64,000 bases of DNA, taken from NCBI GenBank assembly GCA_028865545.1, contig JAGWJY010000006.1, forward strand, positions 31,932-95,931, given 5' to 3'. Below the pieces are notes generated by a model. The model did no database searches, had not been told where the DNA came from, and saw nothing but the letters and a program-made list of their open reading frames with translations. A program made the position numbers and the translations under genes. The DNA comes from Alphaproteobacteria bacterium. GTDB lineage: Bacteria > Pseudomonadota > Alphaproteobacteria > Micropepsales > Micropepsaceae. Position 1 is the stretch's first letter; every line of letters begins with the position of its first letter. Below, piece after piece: positions 20,039 to 31,556 of this stretch.

Positions 20039-20611
20039 ATGAAATATTCCATCGCCGCTGCACTCTTCGCGTTGCCGCTCGTCGCGGCGGCGCCTTCCTG
20101 GGCGGGGACGGTCGTCCCGCTCGCGCCTTTCTCCGCAATCGAAGTGCATGGCGGCGGAGAGGTGATCCTTCACCACGGCACGACGCAACGCGTCACGCTC
20201 GTGACGGGCAGTCTGGACGTCTCGGAATTGAAGGTCGTCGGAGACAAGCTGGTGGTCTCGCCCTGTAAGAGCTTTTTCTCCTGTCCCATGCATAATGACC
20301 TGAGCGTCGACATCGTTTCGCCCCGAATCGACCGCATCGCGGTGCACGGCGGCGGCGATCTCACCGCGAAGGGTGCGTTTCCCAAGCAGCCGAGCATCTC
20401 CGTTGAAGCCCATGGCGGCGGCGACATCGATGTGCGCGCGATCCCGGCCGACAAGGCGGAAGCGGAAGTCCACGGCGGCGGCGATGTCCATCTCGGACAG
20501 GTCGGCGCTCTGAACGCCGAAGCGCATGGCGGCGGCGACATCACCTACCAGGGCAATCCGCAGCCGTTCGTTTCCAGCGTTCACGGCGGCGGTTCGGTCA
20601 GTAGGCAGTAA
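20039..20611 (+). CDS. Secreted GIN/DUF2807-like beta-helical protein
   Basis: Signal peptide MKYSIAAALFALPLVAAAPSWA; LAPFSAIEV start; six V/A-HGGG-D/E/S repeats; GGAGG SD. Confidence 0.8.
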   Translation: MKYSIAAALFALPLVAAAPSWAGTVVPLAPFSAIEVHGGGEVILHHGTTQRVTLVTGSLDVSELKVVGDKLVVSPCKSFFSCPMHNDLSVDIVSPRIDRIAVHGGGDLTAKGAFPKQPSISVEAHGGGDIDVRAIPADKAEAEVHGGGDVHLGQVGALNAEAHGGGDITYQGNPQPFVSSVHGGGSVSRQ

Positions 20612-20643
20612 CCCCCCGGCACGACACGGCGCAGCGACCGCGG

Positions 20644-20832
20644 TCAACCGTTCTCCGACGACGGCTTTGCGAGCTGGTGGATCGCGATCATGATGGCCGT
20701 CCAGATCGCCGCGCTGTCCGCGTCGCCGACTTTTTGAAACTGGACGAAATTGTCGGCGGCGACGGACTCAGCCTTCTCCCCATGCTGGTTGATCAGCACC
20801 TGAGCGGCCTGCCAGATATCAATCGGGTTCAC
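20644..20832 (-). CDS. Small conserved hypothetical protein
   Basis: GTG start; DIWQAAQVLINQHGEKA...GDADSAAIWTAIMIAIHQL resembles a recurrent small alphaproteobacterial helical family. Confidence 0.6.
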   Translation of the reverse strand: MNPIDIWQAAQVLINQHGEKAESVAADNFVQFQKVGDADSAAIWTAIMIAIHQLAKPSSENG

Positions 20833-20985
20833 GCTATTATTATAACACGCTTTGGCGAGAGCTCGACTGCCCGACCTCCGTCTGGCGATCATCTTGATAC
20901 GGAACAGCTTTTGTCGATTCCGCGACGCACTCTCGCCGCCGGGATGAAACGAATCGTGGAGCGGATGCCGTGGCCGGAAACGCAG

Positions 20986-22299
20986 CTAACCATTTTCTGC
21001 CAGCACCACGCCTGCGAGATAGAGCGAGCCGCAGATGAGAATCCGCGGGCTGGGTTCGTGCGGATTGACGCGGGCGCGCGCCGCGATTTGCATCATGGCG
21101 TCTTCGATATCCTCGGCGGGCGCCGCATCGAGACCGGCGGCCCGCGCGCGGTCATAGAGCGCGCCGGCGCCCAGGCTGGCGTCTTCGCCCGGTATGTCGA
21201 CCGTGACGATGTGGCGCGCGAGCCCGCGAAAGGCCGAGAGAAAACCCTCGGCGTCCTTGGTCTTCAGCATGCCGCAGATGAGATAGAGCGGCTTTGCCGT
21301 GCGCTCCTCGAAATCGGCCATGGCGCGCGCCACCGCCGCGGCGCCGTGCGGATTGTGCCCGCCGTCGAGCCAGACCTCGGCATCCTTGGGCGCGTCGTCG
21401 ACCAGCGGACCGCGCGTCAGGCGCTGCAGCCGCGCCGGCCATTCGACCGACTTCAGACCTTGCTCGATGGCGCGCTCCATCGCCCAGACGCCGCCGACAC
21501 GCCGCATCCCGGCGATGGCCACGGCGGCGTTCTCGATCTGATGCCGCCCGACCAGGCGCGGCAGCGGCAGATCGAGCAGCCCGTCGAGGTCCTGATAGAC
21601 CATGCGGCCATGTTCCTGATGGGCGAAGAAATCCTGGCCGAAGACGCTGACCGGCGCGCCCAGCGCATCGGCGCGGCGCAGAATAACGTCGCGCGGGATG
21701 TCGTCCTGCGGACCGACGATCAAAGGCACGCCCGGTTTGACGATGCCGGCCTTCTCCGCCGCGATGTCGGCCAGCGAGGTGCCGAGGAATTCGGCATGGT
21801 CGAGGCCGACCGGCGTGACGATCGTCAGGCGCGGATGAGCGACGACGTTGGTGGCGTCGTATTTGCCGCCGAGGCCGACCTCCAGCACCAGCGCATCGGC
21901 GGGATGTCGGGCGAAGGCCAGGAACGCGGCGGCGGTGGTGATTTCGAAAAAGGTGATCGGCTTGCCGACATTGACGCGTTCACATTCCTCGAGCAGCGCG
22001 GCCAGCTCCTTTTCGTCGATCAGATGACCCGCCAGACGGATACGCTCGTGGAAACGCACCAGATGCGGCGAGGAATAGACATGCACTTTGAGACCGGCCG
22101 CCTCCAGCATGGCGCGGCTGAAGGCGCAGACGGACCCCTTGCCGTTGGTGCCGGCGACATGAACGACGGGCGGCAGGGCGCGTTCGGGGTGGCCGAGATC
22201 GCCGAGCAGCCGCAGGATGCGGTCCAGCACCAGATCGATCTTCTTGGGATGGAGCTGCAGCAGCCGGTCGAGGATCGCGTCGCTACCCGCAACGCTCAT
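20986..22299 (-). CDS. folC: Bifunctional folylpolyglutamate synthase/dihydrofolate synthase
   Basis: [48 protein letters not shown]. Confidence 0.96.
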   Translation of the reverse strand: MSVAGSDAILDRLLQLHPKKIDLVLDRILRLLGDLGHPERALPPVVHVAGTNGKGSVCAFSRAMLEAAGLKVHVYSSPHLVRFHERIRLAGHLIDEKELAALLEECERVNVGKPITFFEITTAAAFLAFARHPADALVLEVGLGGKYDATNVVAHPRLTIVTPVGLDHAEFLGTSLADIAAEKAGIVKPGVPLIVGPQDDIPRDVILRRADALGAPVSVFGQDFFAHQEHGRMVYQDLDGLLDLPLPRLVGRHQIENAAVAIAGMRRVGGVWAMERAIEQGLKSVEWPARLQRLTRGPLVDDAPKDAEVWLDGGHNPHGAAAVARAMADFEERTAKPLYLICGMLKTKDAEGFLSAFRGLARHIVTVDIPGEDASLGAGALYDRARAAGLDAAPAEDIEDAMMQIAARARVNPHEPSPRILICGSLYLAGVVLAENG

Positions 22300-23240
22300 G
22301 TAGCGCTTCCGCTGCTGCGGACCGGCGTGCGCGCCGCCGGAGTCGCGGTGATCACCGGCGCCGGCGGACGCGTGCGGGGCCGCGGATGCTTCATCAAGAG
22401 ATGCACGACGCGCGACAGCGTCTCGCGCATATTGTGGCGGTGGACAACCATGTCGACCATGCCGTGTTCCAGCAGATATTCGGCGCGCTGGAAGCCTTCC
22501 GGCAGGGTTTCGCGCATGGTCTGTTCGATGACGCGCTGGCCGGCGAAACCGATCAAGGCGCCAGGCTCGGCGATGTGGATGTCGCCGAGCATGGCATAGG
22601 AGGCGCTGACGCCGCCGGTGGTGGGATCGCAGAGCACGACGATATAAGGCACGCCCGCATCGCGCAGCATGTCGACCGCGATGGTGATGCGCGGCATCTG
22701 CATCAGCGACAGGATGCCTTCCTGCATGCGCGCGCCGCCCGAGGACACAAAGAGGATGAAGGGGCGGCTTTCGGCGGCGGCGGCCTGCATGGCGTCGATG
22801 AGAGCCTCGCCCACCGCCATGCCGAGGGAGCCACCCATGAATTCGAACGTCTGCACGGCGATCATCACCGGCAGACCTTCCAGCGTGCCGCGTGCGGCGG
22901 ACAGCGCATCGACGCGGCCTGTCTTGGCGCGGGCGTCCTTGAGGCGGTCGGTGTAGCGCTTCTCGTCGCGGAAGCGCAGCGGGTCGGCGGGGACTTCCGG
23001 CGGCACCAGCTCTTCATAGGTGGCGGCATCGAACACCGCCGCGAAACGCTCGGCGGCGCCGATGCGCAAATGATGGCCGCATTGCGGGCAGACATTCTGT
23101 GCCACGACGAGGTCGCGGTGGAAGATCATCTCGCCGCAGGCGGGACATTTCTTCCACAGGTTCTCGGGCGTCTCGCTGGTGCGGACGGCGCCGATCAGGC
23201 TCTTGATCCGTGGGCGGACGAAATTGGCGATCCAGTTCAT
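22296..23240 (-). CDS. accD: Acetyl-CoA carboxylase carboxyltransferase beta subunit
   Basis: Zn finger [45 protein letters not shown]. Confidence 0.96.
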   Translation of the reverse strand: MNWIANFVRPRIKSLIGAVRTSETPENLWKKCPACGEMIFHRDLVVAQNVCPQCGHHLRIGAAERFAAVFDAATYEELVPPEVPADPLRFRDEKRYTDRLKDARAKTGRVDALSAARGTLEGLPVMIAVQTFEFMGGSLGMAVGEALIDAMQAAAAESRPFILFVSSGGARMQEGILSLMQMPRITIAVDMLRDAGVPYIVVLCDPTTGGVSASYAMLGDIHIAEPGALIGFAGQRVIEQTMRETLPEGFQRAEYLLEHGMVDMVVHRHNMRETLSRVVHLLMKHPRPRTRPPAPVITATPAARTPVRSSGSAT

Positions 23241-23259
23241 GACGTTATCCTAGCACAGC

Positions 23260-24065
23260 TCAACCGCGTGCGGCATGCACCGATTGCGCAAGAGAAGCGC
23301 AGAATTCCAGGGTATCGCGCAGACGGTCAACTTTTTCGCCGCCCGCCGCCAGCTTTTCGACGATGGCGGAGCCTACCACGGCGGCGTCCGCGAATGAGGC
23401 GATGGAGGCCGCCTGCGCCGGCGTCTTGATGCCGAAACCGACGGCGCATGGCAGACCGCTGGCCGCCTTCAACCTGGCCACGGCGGTGCGCACGTCGCTC
23501 TCGCTGAAGCTCTTGGTGCCGGTGACGCCGGCGATCGACACATAATAGAGAAAGCCGCCGGCGCCATCGAGCACGGCGGAGAGGCGGGCGTCGTCGGTGG
23601 TGGGCGTGGCGAGACGCACAATGTCGAGCGCGTGGGCGGAGGCCGGCAGACGCAGCACCTCGTCTTCTTCCGGCGGCAGATCAACGGTGATCAATCCGTC
23701 GACGCCGACCTCCGCCGCATCCTTGGCGAAGCGCGCGGTGCCGTAAGCGTGGATCGGATTGTAATAGCCCATCAGCACGATCGGCGTGGCGCGGTCCGTC
23801 TTGCGGAAGCGGCGTACCAGCTCGAGCACCTTCTGCAAGGTCATGCCGGATTCCAATGCCCGCAGCGACGAAGCCTGGATGGCGGGGCCGTCGGCCATCG
23901 GATCGGAGAACGGAATGCCGAGCTCGATCAGATCGGCGCCGGCGGCGGGAAGTTTCTCCAACAGCGCGGCGGTGGTCTCGGCATCCGGATCGCCCGCCGT
24001 GAGGAACGGCACGAAGGCGGCGCGGTTCTGCTTCTTCAGCTCCGCGAAGCGTTTGGCGATGCGGC

Positions 24066-24069
<4 letters not shown>
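23260..24069 (-). CDS. trpA: Tryptophan synthase alpha subunit
   Basis: MSRIAKRF start, [47 protein letters not shown]. Confidence 0.96.
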
Positions 24070-25273
<1,204 letters not shown>

Positions 25274-25277
<4 letters not shown>

Positions 25278-25933
25278 GGAGCCTCCGCGAATTGCGCCTT
25301 GCGGGCGGCGGAGACGAAATCCGCGATGAGTTGTGTGCTCTTGACGCCGGGGGCTGTTTCGACCCCCGAGGAAACGTCCACGCCGGGCGCGCCGCTGGCC
25401 GCTATGGCGCGGGCGACGTTGTCCGGTGTGAGGCCGCCGGCCAGCAACCAGGGGTGCGAAAAACTCCGTCCACGGAGCAACTGCCAGTCGAAGGCGGCGC
25501 CGTGGCCGCCGGGACGCGGCGCACCGTCGGGCGCCTTGGCGTCGAAAAGAAGAAGGTCCGCGGCGATCTCATACTCGGGCACGGCGTCGAAATCGGCGGC
25601 CTCGGCGATCGATATGGCCTTGATGACAGGCAGACCGAAACGGGCACGCACCTGGCCGGTGCGCTCCGGGGTCTCCTTGCCGTGGAGTTGGAGATAGACG
25701 GGCTGCACCGCCTGGGCGACGGCCGCGATGGTGGCGTCGTCGGCGTCGGCGACCAGGGCCACGATGCGCAGGCGGCCGCGCATGCGCTCGGCCAGCGCGC
25801 GCGCCGCATCCAAGCTCAGATGCCGCGGCGATTTGGGATGGAACACGAGCCCGGCCAGATCGGCGCCCGCGCGCACGGCCGCGTCGGCCGCCTCGGCGCT
25901 GTTGATGCCGCAGATTTTAACCAGGATAGACAT
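25274..25933 (-). CDS. trpF: Phosphoribosylanthranilate isomerase
   Basis: [36 protein letters not shown]. Confidence 0.95.
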
Positions 25934-25990
25934 GAGGCGCCGCTTATGGCCGGGGGGGCCGGGGAAATCAAGCAAAGCCGGTCGGATTGC

Positions 25991-26698
25991 TTAAGTACCT
26001 GTTCCCACAAGCTCTTGGGTAATGGCGCGGGCTGCGGCGGCGGGGTCCGGCGCGGCGGTGATCGGCCGCCCAATGACCAGAATATCGGCACCCGCGGCGC
26101 GTGCCTGGGCAGGCGTCATCACCCGCTTCTGGTCACCCGCCTCGCCCCCCGCAGGACGGATGCCGGGAACGACGGTGAGGAAGTCGGGCCCGCAGGCCCT
26201 GCGTACGACCGCAAGCTCATGGGCGCTGCAGACCACGCCGTCGAGGCCGCTTTTCTTGGCCAGCACCGCCAGACGTTCGACCTGTGCGGCGGCAGGAGCT
26301 TGCTGACCAACAGCGCCAAGCGCCGCATCATCAAGGCTGGTCAGCACGGTGACGGCAATCAGCAGCGGCCGTGGATGGATATCGACAATCGCTTCGGCGG
26401 CCGCCCGCATCATCGCCTCGCCACCGGAGGCGTGGATGTTGAACATGGCGACGCCGAGCATGGCGGTGGCACGCGCCGCGCCGGCGACGGTGTTGGGGAT
26501 GTCGTGGAACTTGGTATCGGCAAAGAGCGGCAAGCCGATCTCCGCGATCCGGCGCAGACCGTCCGGGCCAAGCGCCGAAAGGAACTCCAGCCCTACTTTC
26601 AGGCCGCCGACATACGGCTTCACAGCCTGCGCCACGGCAAGCGCGCGGCTTAAGTCCGGCGTATCAAGCGCCACAAAAACAGGATTGGAAAAACGCAT
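25991..26698 (-). CDS. pyrF: Orotidine-5'-phosphate decarboxylase
   Basis: VALD, KVGLE, DTKFHDIPNTV, VTVLTSLD, VPGIRP, DQKRV, LVIGRPIT. Confidence 0.96.
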   Translation of the reverse strand: MRFSNPVFVALDTPDLSRALAVAQAVKPYVGGLKVGLEFLSALGPDGLRRIAEIGLPLFADTKFHDIPNTVAGAARATAMLGVAMFNIHASGGEAMMRAAAEAIVDIHPRPLLIAVTVLTSLDDAALGAVGQQAPAAAQVERLAVLAKKSGLDGVVCSAHELAVVRRACGPDFLTVVPGIRPAGGEAGDQKRVMTPAQARAAGADILVIGRPITAAPDPAAAARAITQELVGTGT

Positions 26699-26762
26699 TG
26701 CGCCTACATTACAGGATTAGTTTGCCCGGCGCGAAGCGCAACGACGACCTTACGCATTGCGC

Positions 26763-27056
26763 TCAGGCAACCGGCTCTTTGCCGTTCAGCCGTTCACGCA
26801 ACTCCTTGCCTGTACGAAAGAAAGGCGCGCGCTTCTCTTCCACCGACACCGGTTCCCCGGTGCGCGGATTGCGACCCTGACGCGACGGTCGAACCTTCAC
26901 GGAAAACGCACCGAAGCCGCGCAATTCCACGCGATGACCATCCGCCAGCGCTTTCGTGATCTGATCGAGCACGGTTGAAACGATCCGCTCTACATCTCGA
27001 TGATATAGATGCGGATAACGAGCGGTGAGACGCGCAACCAGTTCGGACTTGATCAT
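26763..27056 (-). CDS. ihfB: Integration host factor beta subunit
   Basis: [42 protein letters not shown]. Confidence 0.96.
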   Translation of the reverse strand: MIKSELVARLTARYPHLYHRDVERIVSTVLDQITKALADGHRVELRGFGAFSVKVRPSRQGRNPRTGEPVSVEEKRAPFFRTGKELRERLNGKEPVA

Positions 27057-27388
27057 CCTCTTGCCCCCGAGAGGACAGCTCAGCTCAGATATAGCCAAAT
27101 GCCGCCCCGGCAAGTGTTAACCCTGTCAGAGGTCTGCCGGGTCGTCAACCAGAAGCCTCTGAAGAATCAGCATTTTCCACAAATGTGACGGAAATCCCTC
27201 AGGTAAACCCTGGATACATTCCGAGGACGCCGGTCGAAAATGGGCGTCCAGCCTGCCCCAGGGGCCGTGGGGCCCGTTTGGAACCCCGGAAAGACAGGCT
27301 TTCCGGCCAAGTTGGGGGCGCGCGCTCGCGGTTGGGAGCGCGCACCCCAGGACCGGACCAATTCTGGCCGGGGCTCCTCTTTTCCGAA

Positions 27389-27991
27389 TCAGCCAGCCTC
27401 CGCCGTGTGGCCCGACGCGGCGCCCGGAGACGCGCGGCCGCAGTCTATCGGCTCGCGGGGTGCGCCGGCCGGCGCAGGGGTGCGCAGCTTGGCGATGGTC
27501 CTGGCGATCTTGCTGCCCGTCTTGGCCAGGCTCTCGGCCATGTTGAGAAAGCGAATGCGGGCGTTCACCTCCGGCGTGAGCCGCGCGGAGTGGAAGGCCA
27601 CCTCGTGCATCAGGAAACCGCACTCCTCAATGAGCCTATTGAGCAGCGTTTCGGTATCCTGGCAGGGACGCCGTGCCGCGCCCGGTACATCGGGAATTCT
27701 CACCAGCTTCCAGTGCGGGGGAAATTCGCCTTCGTCGTCGGCGGGAACGAGGCCACCGTTCTGTTCGGCCCAGGACCGCATGCTGCGCTCCCAACTGATC
27801 TGCTCGGCCTTTTTCAGCTTGTCCTCGTCGTCCTCGCTTTCTGCGACAGCGTCGCCGGTGTCATGCGCAGTACCCGCGTCGCGCAAGGCATCGTTGCCGT
27901 TTCCGACATCCGCATTCTGTGCGTCACGCCGCGCCTGCAGCGCCTCAAGACGCTCCACGGTTTTTAAAAGCTGGTCGGCATTACTGGTCAT
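27389..27991 (-). CDS. Hypothetical protein (orphan family A with acidic N-terminal extension)
   Basis: GGAG SD before ATG 27991; C-terminal ~47 aa align with 18994-19308; a possible GG-N10-GC sigma54-like site lies at 28017-28032. Confidence 0.65.
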   Translation of the reverse strand: MTSNADQLLKTVERLEALQARRDAQNADVGNGNDALRDAGTAHDTGDAVAESEDDEDKLKKAEQISWERSMRSWAEQNGGLVPADDEGEFPPHWKLVRIPDVPGAARRPCQDTETLLNRLIEECGFLMHEVAFHSARLTPEVNARIRFLNMAESLAKTGSKIARTIAKLRTPAPAGAPREPIDCGRASPGAASGHTAEAG

Positions 27992-28283
27992 GTGTGTTCT
28001 CCGTGAGGAATTGCACAGCAATTATCCGGCCGGTTTGGCGAACAGGGATAAGTTTGGCCTGTGCAAATCCGCGCACCCAGCGAAAGCGTTGACGTCACAA
28101 CAAAAACGGCGTGTTCAGCGGTGAAAAAAGGGGTGCTTCGGAGTTGGATAAGTAGAAAGCGGCGATTCGCTCGGCGGCGAAGCGACGACTCCCGCACAAG
28201 ACCGACGCGCACACGCGTTCTTGGGTTTACCCGTCCGAAGATGCGCCGCATAAAGAGCCGGTACCGAAAAGGCGCGGACCGCG

Positions 28284-30950
28284 ATGAGCTTCAGCGAAAA
28301 AATCAACAGGCGTGGTTTTTTGCGGCGCACAAGCGCGGCAGGCGCCGCGGTTGCAGCTGGGCCGCTGGTGATGGGCCAAGCAGCCGGCGGTTCCGTCGCG
28401 CTCGTTCTCGACAACAGAGATCCGATTGTAGCCGCGACACCGGTGCAGCGCGCCGCAGCCGATCTGCAGCAGGCGCTGATGGCGGCTGGCTATACGGTGC
28501 AGCGCACCGCGCGAGCGGAACAGGCAGACAGCGGGTTCTGCGTCGTTGCTGCCAGCGCCGACGGCGCCGCACCGATATTGCAAGACGCGCAACTGACTTT
28601 ACCATCCGCGGCGGAGAGCCTAGCGCTGCTGCCGACAGGCGTTGCAGGCAAACCCGCCACTCTCGCCTGCGGCCGCGACGCGCGTGGGCTCAGCTATGCG
28701 CTGCTCGAACTGGCCGATCGCGTGCGGCACGGCGCGACGCTGACGATCGCAAAGCCGATCGTAGAACGGCCCGGTAATCCGGTGCGCAGCATCATGCGGC
28801 AATTCACCAGCGAGGTGCTCGACAAGCCGTGGTTCTACGACCGACAGATGTGGCCGCGTTATCTCGATATGCTGGCGGCACAGCGCTTCAACCGGCTCAA
28901 TCTCAGCTTCGGGCTCGGCTACGACCAGCTGAAGAACGTGACCGATTCCTATTTTCTGTTCCTCTATCCGTTCCTGGTCGCGGCGCCGGGTTATGACGTG
29001 CGGGTGACCAACCTCTCCAACGCCGAGCGCGACAAGAATCTCGACACACTGCGCTTCATCGCCGAACAGACCGTGGCCAGCGGCTTGGATTTCCAACTCG
29101 GCATCTGGATGCACGGTTACCAACTCGCCGACAGTCCGAGCGCGCGTTACATCGTGCAAGGACTGACGCCGCAGACGCAGGCCGCTTATTGCCGCGATGC
29201 GCTGACCATGGTGCTAAGGGAAATCCCGGCAATCTCCTCGCTGGCGCTGCGCATCCATGGCGAGAGCGGCGTCGCCGAAGGCAGCTACGACTTCTGGAAG
29301 ACCGTATTCGACGGCGCGGCGCGGAGCGGGCGCAAGGTGGAACTCGACCTGCACGCCAAGGGCATCAACGCCAGGATGATCGACGTCGCGCTGGCGAGCG
29401 GTTTGCCGGTGAACTTGGCGCCGAAATTCTCGGCCGAACACTTCGGCATGCCTTACCACCAGGCGGCGATCCGCGAGCTGGAGATGCCCACGCCAGGCCA
29501 TGTCGGCAAAGGCCTGATGACGCTGTCGGAAGGCTCGCGCAGTTTCACGCGCTACGGCTATGCCGACCTGTTGCGCGACGACCGCAAATACACGGTACGC
29601 CACCGCGTGTTTTCAGGGACGCAAAGATTGCTGGCGTCTGGCGACGCGACAGCGGCAGCAGCCTATGCGAGGGCCTTCACCTTCTGCGGCACACAGGGCG
29701 CGGATCTGATGGAACCATTGACCTGCCGCGGCCGGCGCGGCACCGGCCTTCCGGGCACCACGCGCAGCGGCTACATCGAGCAGCGACTGGAACCGCGCTA
29801 CGACTGGGAAAAATTCGCGGCGTGGTACCGCACGTTCGGCCGCCTGATGTACAACCCGGACAGCGATCCGGCGGTGTGCGAGCGGGCGTTCGGCGACGGC
29901 GCAAAAGCACGCGCGCTCGAATCCGCAGTGGCGAAGGCAAGCCGCATCCTGCCAATCGTCACCACCGCACATCTCACCTCCGCCGCCTGCGACTGCTATT
30001 GGCCGGAAATCTACTGGAACCAGCCCATGGCGGCAGAGCCGGATCCCAATCCCTATGGCGATACACCCTCGCCCAAGGTGTTCCAAAATGTCAGTCCGCT
30101 CGACCCGCAAATGTTCTCGGCGATGAGCGAATTCGCCGGCGAATTGCTGGGCACGCGCAGCGGAAAATACACGCCGCTCGAGGTGGCGCAATGGCTGGAA
30201 GATCACGCCGATGCCGTCACGCGCGATCTGGCGGAGGCGGGAACGCCGCCGTCCGGCGATGCGCTGCGTCTGGCGATCGACGCCGAGATGCAGGCAGACA
30301 TCGGCCGCTTCTTCGCCGCGAAATTCCGCAGCGGCGTGCTGTACGCGATCCACGAACGCATCGGCGACAGCCGTGCGCTGGCCGAGGCGCTGGTGCTGTA
30401 TCGCGCCGCGCGCGAGCACTGGGCGCTGGTCGCCGACCGCAGCAAAGGTGTGTATGCGGACGATCTTTCTGCCAGCGACAAGATTTCGGAACGCGGCCAA
30501 TGGCACGACCGGCTGACACAGATCGATCAGGACATCACTGCGCTGGAGACACGGCTGGCCGCGACGAAGAGTGCGACCGACCCGCGCGTCACGGCTATCA
30601 TCGCCGAGGTGCAAGGACGGCAGCCGGGACGCAGCGCCGTGTGCACGCACACGCCGCCCGACGGTTTCCGCCCGGGGCAAGAGCTGGTGCTCGAGATCAC
30701 GGCGGCGAACGCGTCGGCGCAGCTCCATTACCGCCACGTCAACCAGGCGGAGCGCTGGACAAGCGTCGAGATGGACGACAACGGCGACAGCCATCGCGCC
30801 GGCATCCCGGCGGCGTACACGGCCTCGCCCTACCCGCTGCAATATTATTTCGAATTGCGGGAAGCCTCCGGCAAGGCGAGCCTCTATCCGGGTTTCGACG
30901 CCGATCTGACCAATCAGCCTTATTTCGTGCTGCGGCGCACGGCCGGGTAG
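28284..30950 (+). CDS. Tat-exported 888-aa hypothetical protein, glycoside-hydrolase-like architecture
   Basis: NRRGFL twin-arginine signal; GRDARGLSYALLEL resembles the GH20/GH67/GH115 N-terminal domain; C-terminal Ig-like segment (LHYRHVNQ..LQYYFEL). Confidence 0.8.
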   Translation: MSFSEKINRRGFLRRTSAAGAAVAAGPLVMGQAAGGSVALVLDNRDPIVAATPVQRAAADLQQALMAAGYTVQRTARAEQADSGFCVVAASADGAAPILQDAQLTLPSAAESLALLPTGVAGKPATLACGRDARGLSYALLELADRVRHGATLTIAKPIVERPGNPVRSIMRQFTSEVLDKPWFYDRQMWPRYLDMLAAQRFNRLNLSFGLGYDQLKNVTDSYFLFLYPFLVAAPGYDVRVTNLSNAERDKNLDTLRFIAEQTVASGLDFQLGIWMHGYQLADSPSARYIVQGLTPQTQAAYCRDALTMVLREIPAISSLALRIHGESGVAEGSYDFWKTVFDGAARSGRKVELDLHAKGINARMIDVALASGLPVNLAPKFSAEHFGMPYHQAAIRELEMPTPGHVGKGLMTLSEGSRSFTRYGYADLLRDDRKYTVRHRVFSGTQRLLASGDATAAAAYARAFTFCGTQGADLMEPLTCRGRRGTGLPGTTRSGYIEQRLEPRYDWEKFAAWYRTFGRLMYNPDSDPAVCERAFGDGAKARALESAVAKASRILPIVTTAHLTSAACDCYWPEIYWNQPMAAEPDPNPYGDTPSPKVFQNVSPLDPQMFSAMSEFAGELLGTRSGKYTPLEVAQWLEDHADAVTRDLAEAGTPPSGDALRLAIDAEMQADIGRFFAAKFRSGVLYAIHERIGDSRALAEALVLYRAAREHWALVADRSKGVYADDLSASDKISERGQWHDRLTQIDQDITALETRLAATKSATDPRVTAIIAEVQGRQPGRSAVCTHTPPDGFRPGQELVLEITAANASAQLHYRHVNQAERWTSVEMDDNGDSHRAGIPAAYTASPYPLQYYFELREASGKASLYPGFDADLTNQPYFVLRRTAG

Positions 30951-31031
30951 GAGCGGCGATCTGGCGGACGCCGGCCAGCCGCGATACAACCGATCGTCAG
31001 CAGCAGCGACTTCAACATCGCGAGGTTGATC

Positions 31032-31520
31032 ATGGCCGACCGCCGTTTCGCGCCCACGATTACCGTCATCACACAGATGCCCGCCGCAGCGTCCGGTCCG
31101 TTCGCAGGCTCGCTGCCGATCACCTCAATCGGCACGCCGGTGTCCGGCGACGATGGCGTATCGATTCCGCTGGATGACTTCGGCGAGGTGTTCAAATTTC
31201 CGACGGTCACGCCATCCACCACGGACAAGACTGCGGGCATATTCGACGTCAGAAGGGCCGTCTTCGCAAAGCTGGAGTCGAAAGATGTCGATTTCCCTGC
31301 ATTCCGCAAACGCTGGGCGGCGCTGCAGGACCAAGTGGGCGCGATGATGAGCGATCTCACCCAGAAAACGTTCGGCAGCATGGAACTCGATACGTTGGAA
31401 GTCAGCCTGGCGATCACCGGCGAAGGATCGATCGGCATCGCCAGTTCGAAAGCAGAAGCCAGCGTAGTGCTGACCTTCAAAAAGAAAGCTGTGCGGAAGA
31501 AAGAAAAAGGCGCGGGGTAA
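31032..31520 (+). CDS. Pepco/Trypco-like (peptidase co-occurring) domain protein
   Basis: C-terminal helix plus MELDTLEVSLAITGEGSIGIASSKAEASVVLTFKK hairpin pattern; GAGG SD before ATG 31032. Confidence 0.6.
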   Translation: MADRRFAPTITVITQMPAAASGPFAGSLPITSIGTPVSGDDGVSIPLDDFGEVFKFPTVTPSTTDKTAGIFDVRRAVFAKLESKDVDFPAFRKRWAALQDQVGAMMSDLTQKTFGSMELDTLEVSLAITGEGSIGIASSKAEASVVLTFKKKAVRKKEKGAG

Positions 31521-31533
31521 GCCGCGCCTTTTT
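31504..31533. terminator. Bidirectional rho-independent terminator
   Basis: Perfect 12-bp stem AAAAAGGCGCGG-ggtaag-CCGCGCCTTTTT between convergent genes. Confidence 0.85.
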
Positions 31534-31556
31534 GCTTTGCCGTCGTGAGGCGAGGA

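Noticed and set aside
20677-22599. 640-aa plus-strand ORF
   Set aside because: Antisense shadow of folC/accD in high-GC DNA with no recognisable motifs.
29189-31177. 662-aa and 458-aa ORFs overlapping the Tat protein
   Set aside because: Arg/Ala-rich off-frame or antisense shadows.
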